A DNA stretch of 64,000 bases from Candidatus Eiseniibacteriota bacterium (GTDB taxonomy: Bacteria; Eisenbacteria; RBG-16-71-46). A program made the position numbers and the translations under genes. The stretch lies in contig CAVUWA010000011.1 of the NCBI GenBank assembly GCA_963744995.1, positions 416,001-480,000 on the forward strand, written 5' to 3'. Below, piece after piece: positions 24,592-32,251 of this stretch. Each line of letters starts with the position of its first letter. Positions within the stretch are counted from its first letter, which is position 1. The notes beneath the pieces were generated by a model. The model searched no databases. It saw only the letters and a list, made by a program, of their open reading frames with translations, and was not told where the DNA came from.

Positions 24592-26694
24592 ATGAGCCCC
24601 GAGCCCCACGTTTCCAGCGCGCGCGCACACGGGTGGCGGGTCATCCTGGCGGTCGCGCTCGTCGTGCTCGGCGGGCTGTTCGCAGGCTTCGGCGGCGCCG
24701 CGCGCCCCTCCGCGCCGGCGGCGGCGCTGCGCCTGCTGGCGTGGATCCACGTCATGGTCTTCCCGGGGCTCGGCCTCTACCTGCTGGCCGCGCGCTCGGG
24801 CCGCAACGCCATGGACGCGTGTCTCGCCGCGCTCGGCATCTCGCCGGTGCTCGTCGCCGGGCTCGCCACGCTGCTGCTGTGGCTGGGCATGGACGGCGCC
24901 GCCGTGACCGGCGCGCTGGCCGCCGCCGCGGCGCTCCTGATCGTGGCCGGGCTCCTCGTCCGCGGCGGCGCCATGGGGTTCCCGGGCCGGCGCGAGGTGT
25001 GGGCGTTCGTCCTGCTCCTCGCCGCCACGGCGGTCCTCGTCGCGTGGCTGCCGGCGACGCGCGAGTGGTGGCGGATCCGTTCGGACGCCTGGTTCCACGC
25101 CGCGGTCACGATGCAGATCCGTGATTTCGGCGCGCCGCCCGAAGACCCGTACTTCGCCGGGATGAGCCTCCAGTACATGTGGGCCTATCACGCGATGACG
25201 CTCGCGCTCGGCCGCCTGCTGCGCGCCGACTACTTCCAGATCATGGCGGTGGTGAACCTGCAGGCGCTCGCGCTGCTCGGCGTGGCGGCGTGGCGCCTCG
25301 CCGCGGTGTTCCGCACCCGGGCCGCGCCGCGACTCGCGGCGGTGGCCGTGACGTTCTTCGCGTTCAACGCCGCGTTCTGGGTGTTCCTGCCGATGAAGCT
25401 CGCCCGGGCGCTGATCGGCGACGTGCGCGGCATGGACGAGGTGGCGCGCACGTTCCGGCTGTTCCCGCTCGATTACCGCACGTCGTGGACGTTCCTCGAG
25501 ACGTTCCGCAATCCACCGTTCTTCCTCGACAAGTTCATGGTCGCGACCGCATTCGGCCTGGCGCTGGCGCTGTTCCTGGGAGCGCTGGCGGCGGGCGCCG
25601 CGTACGTGTCCACCTCGCGCCGCGTGCACCTGGCGACCCTCGCGGCCTGCGTCGCCGGAACGCTGCTGTTCCACACCTACGTGGGTCTGGTCGCGGTGGC
25701 CGCGTTCGGCGGCGCCGCCGTCCTGCTGTTCCTGTTCCGCACGCGCATGAACGGCTACGTGTTCCGCTTCTCCGTGCTGCCGGTGGTCGCGATCGCCGCG
25801 GCCGTGGTGGTCGCGGCGCCGTTCGTCTACGACGTCACGCGGAGCAGGGACGTCGGCGGGTCCGGCCTCGTCGACCTGTCGTTCCAGCGTCTCGTCGCGA
25901 TTCTCGTTCCCTGCGTGTTCGTCATGGTGCTCGCGTGGTGGGAAGGCCGGGTGCGGACCGAGCCGTCGCCTGCGGCGCGCTTCGTGTCGTTCTTCGCGCT
26001 CGCCACGCTCGCGGTGTGCCTCGTGATTCATCTGCCGGGACCGAACAACTACGCCAAGCCCGCGTTCCCGGTGTTTCTGGCGCTCGCGCCGATCGCCGGC
26101 CTCGCCGTCGCGGACACGTGCACGGCCCGCCATGGCCGCGCGCGCGCGCGCGCGACGGCCTCGTGGATCCTGCTGTTCGCGCTGCCGGTCAACCTCATCG
26201 CGTTCGCGGGCGCCTTCGGCCAGCACGACGGCGTCGAGGTCACGCCCGCCGAACGGACCGTCGCGAAGTGGGCGATCGCGCACACCCCGCGGCGCGCGGT
26301 GTTCATCGACGAGCCGGAGCACGTGTTCCTGCTGGTCACCGGGCCGCGGCGCTACCTGTTCGGCTCGTGGAACTACGCGAGCCAGTGGAAATACCCGCGC
26401 GCCGAAATGGCGCGGCGCTTCCACGCGATGCAGTCGCTCTACGCCGCAGGACCGCTCGACCGCGTGGCGCTCGAGGTGCTCGCGGACATCGACGACCCGC
26501 TCTACGTCATCGTGCGGCCCGAGCATCGCGGCGAGGGCGCCGCCGTCACGCGGCGCGACGATCTGTTCCCCGTCGTCTTCGACGCGGGCGGCATCCAGGT
26601 GCGGGAAGTGAATCGGGCCGCGTGCCGGGCCGCCGTGGCCGCGGCTCCCGCGGCGCCCGCGGCGCAGGCCATGATCGAGGCGGCGAACCTCTAG
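24592..26694 (+). CDS. large polytopic membrane protein, GT-C-like
   Basis: 13 or more TMs; SDAWFH..PPEDPYFAG..LQYMWAYH loop; periplasmic C-terminal domain (W...HTPRRAVF). Confidence 0.7.
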   Translation: MSPEPHVSSARAHGWRVILAVALVVLGGLFAGFGGAARPSAPAAALRLLAWIHVMVFPGLGLYLLAARSGRNAMDACLAALGISPVLVAGLATLLLWLGMDGAAVTGALAAAAALLIVAGLLVRGGAMGFPGRREVWAFVLLLAATAVLVAWLPATREWWRIRSDAWFHAAVTMQIRDFGAPPEDPYFAGMSLQYMWAYHAMTLALGRLLRADYFQIMAVVNLQALALLGVAAWRLAAVFRTRAAPRLAAVAVTFFAFNAAFWVFLPMKLARALIGDVRGMDEVARTFRLFPLDYRTSWTFLETFRNPPFFLDKFMVATAFGLALALFLGALAAGAAYVSTSRRVHLATLAACVAGTLLFHTYVGLVAVAAFGGAAVLLFLFRTRMNGYVFRFSVLPVVAIAAAVVVAAPFVYDVTRSRDVGGSGLVDLSFQRLVAILVPCVFVMVLAWWEGRVRTEPSPAARFVSFFALATLAVCLVIHLPGPNNYAKPAFPVFLALAPIAGLAVADTCTARHGRARARATASWILLFALPVNLIAFAGAFGQHDGVEVTPAERTVAKWAIAHTPRRAVFIDEPEHVFLLVTGPRRYLFGSWNYASQWKYPRAEMARRFHAMQSLYAAGPLDRVALEVLADIDDPLYVIVRPEHRGEGAAVTRRDDLFPVVFDAGGIQVREVNRAACRAAVAAAPAAPAAQAMIEAANL

Positions 26695-26744
26695 GTTCGG
26701 CGGTGGGGGCGCGCCGCGCCGTTCGCGGCGCGACGAAAAGGAGA

Positions 26745-26772
26745 CGACGGTGAGAGGGGGGCCTCACCGTCG
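26745..26772. terminator. hairpin between convergent genes
   Basis: CGACGGTGAG-N8-CTCACCGTCG. Confidence 0.5.
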
Positions 26773-26800
26773 CCTCACCAGGAGGGGTCAGCCGGATCGA

Positions 26801-27076
26801 CTACTGCTGGTCGTTCTCCCGATTCCGGCGGCGTCGGGCCGCGGCGCCGAGCGCGAGCGCGCTCATCGCGGCGAGCGCCAGCGTGCCGGGCTCGGGGACC
26901 GGCGCGGTCGGATTGTCTTCACCGTACGACTCCGGCGTGTGCTCGTCGTTGTGCCCGACGGGCTGCGCGGGTTCGGTGACGTTGCCGTCGTCCGACGGCA
27001 GGTGCCCCACCTGGACCGCGAGCGCCGGCGCCGCGAACAGGCAGGTCATGAGCAGTGCGAGTGCGAAACGCTTCAT
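26801..27076 (-). CDS. small PEP-CTERM protein (91 aa)
   Basis: Signal peptide MKRFALALL..APALA; C-terminal VPEPGT + TM + RRRR. Confidence 0.9.
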   Translation of the reverse strand: MKRFALALLMTCLFAAPALAVQVGHLPSDDGNVTEPAQPVGHNDEHTPESYGEDNPTAPVPEPGTLALAAMSALALGAAARRRRNRENDQQ

Positions 27077-27161
27077 CTCGATCGTCCTTTGGTTGCGGGC
27101 GAGGATCCGTCCTCTCGCGAGGTGTTTGCTGAGCAAGGGGAGTCGTTCTGTCTGGCTATAC

Positions 27162-27177
27162 CGCAAGGGCCGTGCCC
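27162..27177 (-). promoter_or_regulatory. sigma54 -24/-12 promoter of the PEP-CTERM gene
   Basis: Minus strand GGGCACG-GCCC-TTGCG versus consensus TGGCACG-N4-TTGCW. Confidence 0.75.
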
Positions 27178-27274
27178 GGCCGCCGCGCGTGACGGCAATG
27201 TGTTATGGGCCAACCCCGTAGGGCGCCGGGGTGCGGCGGGCGCGGGGTGGCCGATCCCCCCGAATCCGTGAGAT

Positions 27275-27291
27275 TGTCGCGTGGACCGACA
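27275..27291. promoter_or_regulatory. candidate enhancer-binding-protein site (TGT-N11-ACA)
   Basis: Palindrome TGTCG-N7-CGACA about 100 bp upstream of the -24 element. Confidence 0.55.
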
Positions 27292-27450
27292 CATCCGGCC
27301 GGGGAATATGCCCCAAACCCCGTGCCGCGCATGGGGTTCCGCGGGGGGGCCAGAGCGATTTCCGGGGTGTCGGGGTACGATTCTCGAGGGGCGTGCGCTG
27401 CGGTGCCCCGCCGGGGAAACGGCGCGCGGCGATCCGCAGCAGGAGGTGCC

Positions 27451-27687
27451 TTGAAGGCCGGCGCACGGAACATCGGACTCTGCGAACGCTGCCGCCATGC
27501 GCACGTGGTGGAGACGCCGCGCAGCGTGTTCTGGCGGTGCGGGCTGGCCGCGATCGACGCGCGCTTCGACAAGTATCCGCGCCTCCCGGTGCTCGCCTGT
27601 GACGGGTTCGAGGCGGGCAAGCCGCAGCGCGCGGGCGACGAGGAGGCGGGCGGCGGCCCCGGCGAGAGCCCCGCGACACCCCGCTAG
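27451..27687 (+). CDS. small Cys-rich hypothetical protein (78 aa)
   Basis: AGGAGG RBS and TTG start; GLCERCRH..FWRC..KYPRLPVLAC has four Cys and may bind metal. Confidence 0.75.
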   Translation: MKAGARNIGLCERCRHAHVVETPRSVFWRCGLAAIDARFDKYPRLPVLACDGFEAGKPQRAGDEEAGGGPGESPATPR

Positions 27688-27893
27688 CCTCGCGGCCTGC
27701 ATCGGCACCGGTCAGTAACCGACCGGTCGCCGCGCCCTGCGGACCCGCCACGGCGCAGGTTCCGGCGGCGGCCCGCAGCCGCTCCCCCAGCGGCGCCAAT
27801 CGGTTACGGCCGGCGGCGCACCGCGGCGGCCACGGCGGCACGGCCGTTGCTGTTTCCCGGGTGGACGATCGTGTCCACTCTCGGGGAGCGGTC

Positions 27894-28895
27894 ATGAGCA
27901 ATCTTCAGGACAAGGCCATGGAGTTCCTGCTCGCGCTGGGCGATCCGGCCGAGCGGCGTACGCGTGCAGCGCTGGTGAGCCATGCGCTGCAGGCGGTCGT
28001 GAAACTCATGGAAGCCGACGCGGCGGTCATCGCGACGCCGTGGAGCCGGCGCGGCGAACGCCTCGCCCTGCATGCGGGCAGCACGGCGCCGGCGGCCCTG
28101 CCGCCGGCCGAGTCGGGCAGCGCCGTGGTGCGCGCGTTCGCGTCGTCCTGCGAGCCGCTCGAGGTCGCCGATCTCTCCGAAGCGTCCACTTTCGCCGAGG
28201 GCGACGCGTGCCCCGGCGCCGAAGCGGGGCCGGTGCTGTTCGCACCGCTGCGCCAGCGCGGCTACGCCCCGACCTACCTCGCCGCGTACCGGAAGCGCGG
28301 CCGCGCGCGCTACACGATGGCCGACACGCGCATCATGCTGCTGCTCGCGTCCTGGCTGGGCGTCGCGCTCGACAACCTGCGTCTCGCGACCGGCGCGCGC
28401 AAGCTCGCCGTCACCGACGAGGTCACTGACGTCTACAACAAGCGTTTTCTCGAAGCCGCACTCGAGCGCGAGCTGCGCCGTGCGAGCCGCTTCGCGCAGG
28501 AGCTGGCGGTCGTGCTGATCGACGTGGATTCCCCGGGCGACGACGAGGCCGCGGGCGACCTGCCGCTGCGCGAAATCGCCACGGTGCTCGGCCAGCAGGT
28601 GCGCGCCTTCGACGTCATGGGACGCCGTGACGAGAGCGGCTTCCTGCTGATCCTGCCGCAGACCGGCCGCGCCGGCGCGCTGGAGGTCGGCGAGCGCATG
28701 CGCGAAGCCGTCGCGGGCCATGCGTTCGGAGAAGCCGGGCTGGCCTTCACCGTGAGCGCGGGCGTCGCCGCCTTCCCGGGCGACGCCTCGAGTGCCGCCG
28801 ATCTCATGGGCGCCGCGAACCGGGCGCTCGACCAGGCGCGCGAGCAGGGTGGCAACCGGGTCGAGACGCCGAAACGGAAGCGGAAGGCGGCCTGA
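27894..28895 (+). CDS. GAF-like + degenerate GGDEF-domain protein
   Basis: TDEVTDVYNKRF, LIDVD, TVSAGVA, ANRALDQARE.GGNRV; active site reads DESGF. Confidence 0.88.
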   Translation: MSNLQDKAMEFLLALGDPAERRTRAALVSHALQAVVKLMEADAAVIATPWSRRGERLALHAGSTAPAALPPAESGSAVVRAFASSCEPLEVADLSEASTFAEGDACPGAEAGPVLFAPLRQRGYAPTYLAAYRKRGRARYTMADTRIMLLLASWLGVALDNLRLATGARKLAVTDEVTDVYNKRFLEAALERELRRASRFAQELAVVLIDVDSPGDDEAAGDLPLREIATVLGQQVRAFDVMGRRDESGFLLILPQTGRAGALEVGERMREAVAGHAFGEAGLAFTVSAGVAAFPGDASSAADLMGAANRALDQAREQGGNRVETPKRKRKAA

Positions 28896-28900
28896 ACGGA

Positions 28901-28936
28901 CACGGCGCCCGCACCGCGATGGATGCGGGCGCCGTG
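28901..28936. terminator. hairpin between convergent genes
   Basis: CACGGCGCCCGCA-N10-TGCGGGCGCCGTG. Confidence 0.6.
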
Positions 28937-28957
28937 GGCCCGCCGCCGGCGCCGTCC

Positions 28958-29222
28958 TTACGGCAGCAGCACGAGCTTCTTCTGATCTCTGAACGGCCCA
29001 GCATGGATCCGGTAGATGTAAACCCCCGGTTGCATGCGGACTCCGCCGTCGCCGCGACGGTCCCAGTCCACCGCATGGAACCCGGCAGGGTACCGGCCGT
29101 CGGCGAGCAGCGCGACCCGCCGACCCTGCGCATCGAAGATCTCGAGCCGCACCGATTCGGGCTGCGGGAGATCGAAGTGGATCGTCGTACGGGCGGCAAA
29201 CGGGTTCGGCCGGTTCTGCGGT
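28958..29222 (-). pseudogene. orphan FlgD-Ig/T9SS-like C-terminal domain remnant
   Basis: QNRPNPF..TIHFDLP..VRLEIFDAQGRRVALL..GVYIYRI..KKLVLLP with no signal peptide or passenger domain. Confidence 0.75.
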
Positions 29223-30086
29223 GACGCCGGGGCGTGCGTGGGCACCCACCGACACTTTCAGACTTGCCGGGCATGCCTGGGTCAGGCCTTATCAGTTGGA
29301 CCTTGATCAGCATGGGGCGCCCATGGCGATAGCAGGCGGTGTGGGGGGCCTGGGCTCGGATACCTACGGGCTCTTCTGGTCCGACTCGGTCTGGGTGAGC
29401 CGGTGGAGCTTCGGCTATGCGGTCAATCTTCCCGTGGTCGCGGATGCTCCCGCAGGCACGTATCCGCTCATCTGGCAGGGAGCCGATCCCGTCGTTCCCA
29501 ACAGAAACCAGGCGTACCTCATTGCCGGCGAGGCGCATGAAGATGGTCTTGGTCCAGCGGACACGATCGCCATCGTCCAGGCGGACCATCTCCGATACCC
29601 CGGCGTGGTTCGCAACGGCCGGAGGTGGGCTGCAAAGTCAGACTTCGGCGATCTGAGGCTATGGAGATCCGAGGAGCCAGGTGAGTGGACGGAGTTGGAC
29701 ATGCCCGGCAGTGGCGCGGACGGGATCGCGATGGGGGCGGTGGGCGACACGACCGTGCTGGTCGTGTTTCAGGAGCGCACTTTTGCTGAGGGGGGTGGCA
29801 CGCGCTGGGGCCGCTGCGGCCGGAGTTCACGCTGGAGGGGTTCACGCCGAACCCCTCGGTGCGCGCGGCGGTGGTGGCGTTCACGCTGCCGTCGGCGGGC
29901 CGCGGGCGGCTGGAGGTGCTGGACGTGGCGGGCCGGCGGGTGTACCGGCGCGACCTAAGCGATCTCGGCGCCGGGCGGCACACGGTGGCGATCGAGCCGG
30001 CGCAGCCGCTGCGCGCGGGGGTGTACCTGATCCGGCTCACGCACGAGGGCCGGATGTTGCATGTGCGGGGTGTGGTCACGCGCTGA
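29221..30086 (+). pseudogene. fragment of a secreted beta-rich protein joined out of frame to a FlgD-Ig-like C-terminal domain
   Basis: Lower-GC, Trp-rich beta-strand ORF up to about 29807, then a frame change to GPLRPEFTLEGFTPNP..EVLDVAGRRV..AGVYLIRL. Confidence 0.65.
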
Positions 30087-30145
30087 GCGGTGCGTGCGGC
30101 GGTCACGCGACCGGAGCTTCGACGCCTCTGCCTGGCGCTCGAGCC

Positions 30146-30174
30146 GTCGCGGCCACCCCGAAGGTGGCCGCGAC
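30146..30174. terminator. hairpin between convergent genes
   Basis: GTCGCGGCCACC-ccgaa-GGTGGCCGCGAC. Confidence 0.65.
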
Positions 30175-30201
30175 CGGTCACTCAGCGCATCGACCTGCAC
30201 A

Positions 30202-32235
30202 TCACGGCAGCACCACCACGCGTGCCGTCTTCGTCAACCCCTTCGTCGTGAACGACGCGAAGTAGATGCCCGCCGGCACGCGGCCGCCGCGCTCGCCCCG
30301 GGCGTTCCAGAACTCGGCGTGGCGGCCCGCGGGCAGCTCGCCCGAGGCCAGCGTCGCGACGCGGCGGCCGGTGAGGTCGTAGATCGCCAGGTCCACGCGC
30401 GCGGACGCGGGCAGGTCGAACGCGAACGTCGCGCCCGCCGACAGCGGGTTCGGGCGCGGCGCGTAGAAGCGCAGCGCGGTCGGCGTCGGGCCCGGCAGCA
30501 CGGCGTTGGTGCCCGAGGCCGGCGTCGCCGAGAGGTTCACCACCAGGTCCGGCCCGGCGGCGTCGCCGGGCAGGTCCTCGTCGCTCACCGAGAACGTGAG
30601 CGTCGCGGTGTAAGTCGAGTCCTGTGTCGCGCCGGCGTCGTCGAAGTGGAGCGCGTAGGTCTTACCGGTCCCGGGCTCGAGCAGGCCGCCCGTGAAGCCG
30701 CCGACCAGCGTGAAGCGGCCGTCGCCGCCGCTGATCACGCCGCCGTCCACGGCGAGCTTCGCCTCGAGCGAGGCGACGTCCCGGTTGTGGATGCGCACGG
30801 CGCTGTCGGGGAATTCGCCCGCTTCGTGCATGCCGAAGTCGAAGTCCGTCATCACGGTCGTGACCAGCGAATCGAGCGAGCCTTCCGAGTGCTCGAGCAC
30901 GCGGCCCGCGAGCAGCACGTTCTTGGTTGTCGAATCGGGATCGTCGGTCGCGACGACCAGCGTGCCGCTCTTCACGCCGCTCGCCCCCGTGTCCATGCCG
31001 ATCGGCTGCGCCACGGGCGGGGCGCCGGCGTTCACGGTGAAGCCGCCGCCCGGCGCGCTGAAGCCCGCAGGGGGCGAGAACGAATAGTTCAGCTCGTCGG
31101 CCGGCGCGGTGGCGCCGTTCGCGACGTTCAGGTTCACGGTCGGCGCGCCGCCGACGATCGCGTCGCCGAAGTCGAGCGCCGATTCGGCCACGATCTTCGC
31201 CGGCACCTGGATCGTGATCACCACCGGCAGGTGGTCGGAGCAGCCGACCAGCGCGTTGGCGACGTCGATGCCGACGCTGCCGTTGTAGCCGCCGTCGTTG
31301 ACCGCGCCGTTGCAGCAGCGGCCGCCGTCGTTGCCGAAGATGAACGGGTACGAGAGCTGCCCCGGCGACAGCGCCGGCACGTAGTCGAGACCTTCGCCGT
31401 CCTGCATCGAGTACGAGGTCAGCATCATGTCGAAGCGATCGTCCATGCCGCCGCCCGACATGCCGCCGTAGGGGCAGGTGAAACACGGGCACTGCGTGTG
31501 GCCGTAGGCGAAGGCCGAATTGTCGCTCCACAGCGCCGACCAGTAGAACGCAGAGGCGATCGGGTCCTTGCAGCGGCCGTCGTCGTCGTCGGTGCTCTCC
31601 ACGAGCCGGGTGTAGCCGCCTTCCTTGAAGCCACCGACCTCGCCGCCGGCCTCCATGTTGAAGTCGCCGCCGACCATGAAGTTGCCGGCCGCGGCGATGG
31701 GCGGCGTGACGTTGAGGTAGCTGTTGCGCAGGTAGCCGGATTCGAGCCGCCGCGTGGTGCTGTCGGAGGTGCCGGCCTTGAGGTGCACCGAGTAGAGCAG
31801 GAACTTGGCGCTCGCCGCCGAATAGCCGACCGGTGTCACACGGCCGAGGACGAAGCTGCGCGGCCCGGGCGTGTTGGCGATCGCGGCGACCCCGTCCACG
31901 CTGACCACGGCCGGCTTCCAGAAGAAACCCATGCCTTCGCCAAAGCCCACGAAGCGCCAGGTGCCGGTCCACTCGCCCGGCTCGTAGGCGTTGAGCACGT
32001 TCGCGAGGAACGAGTCGGCGCCGGCCTGGGTGTTCATCTCCTGCGTGATGAGCACGTCCGGGTCGAGCAGCGGCATGACCGCGCGGAAGTTCGGCTGCCG
32101 CACAGAGAACGCTGACGCGGGGTACGACCAGACATTCCACGTCACGACGCGGATGGCGGCGGCCGGGCGCGGGACGGCGGGGATCGCCGCCACCGCCGCT
32201 GCGGCGACGAGGCATGCACGCTGTAGATGGTTCAT
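30202..32235 (-). CDS. secreted EEP (endonuclease/exonuclease/phosphatase) protein with Ig-like domains and FlgD-Ig C-terminus (paralog 1)
   Basis: Signal peptide; TWNV, ITQE, HLKAG, GDFN, DRFD, SDHLPV; PRPNP..IYDLTGRRV..AGIYF. Confidence 0.9.
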   Translation of the reverse strand: MNHLQRACLVAAAAVAAIPAVPRPAAAIRVVTWNVWSYPASAFSVRQPNFRAVMPLLDPDVLITQEMNTQAGADSFLANVLNAYEPGEWTGTWRFVGFGEGMGFFWKPAVVSVDGVAAIANTPGPRSFVLGRVTPVGYSAASAKFLLYSVHLKAGTSDSTTRRLESGYLRNSYLNVTPPIAAAGNFMVGGDFNMEAGGEVGGFKEGGYTRLVESTDDDDGRCKDPIASAFYWSALWSDNSAFAYGHTQCPCFTCPYGGMSGGGMDDRFDMMLTSYSMQDGEGLDYVPALSPGQLSYPFIFGNDGGRCCNGAVNDGGYNGSVGIDVANALVGCSDHLPVVITIQVPAKIVAESALDFGDAIVGGAPTVNLNVANGATAPADELNYSFSPPAGFSAPGGGFTVNAGAPPVAQPIGMDTGASGVKSGTLVVATDDPDSTTKNVLLAGRVLEHSEGSLDSLVTTVMTDFDFGMHEAGEFPDSAVRIHNRDVASLEAKLAVDGGVISGGDGRFTLVGGFTGGLLEPGTGKTYALHFDDAGATQDSTYTATLTFSVSDEDLPGDAAGPDLVVNLSATPASGTNAVLPGPTPTALRFYAPRPNPLSAGATFAFDLPASARVDLAIYDLTGRRVATLASGELPAGRHAEFWNARGERGGRVPAGIYFASFTTKGLTKTARVVVLP

Positions 32236-32251
32236 CGGGAGCCCTCCGGGA

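Noticed and set aside
21267..24755. 1162-aa ORF ending in a LamG domain
   Set aside because: Only the last ~289 aa are real; the rest overlaps the GT-C-TPR gene out of frame.
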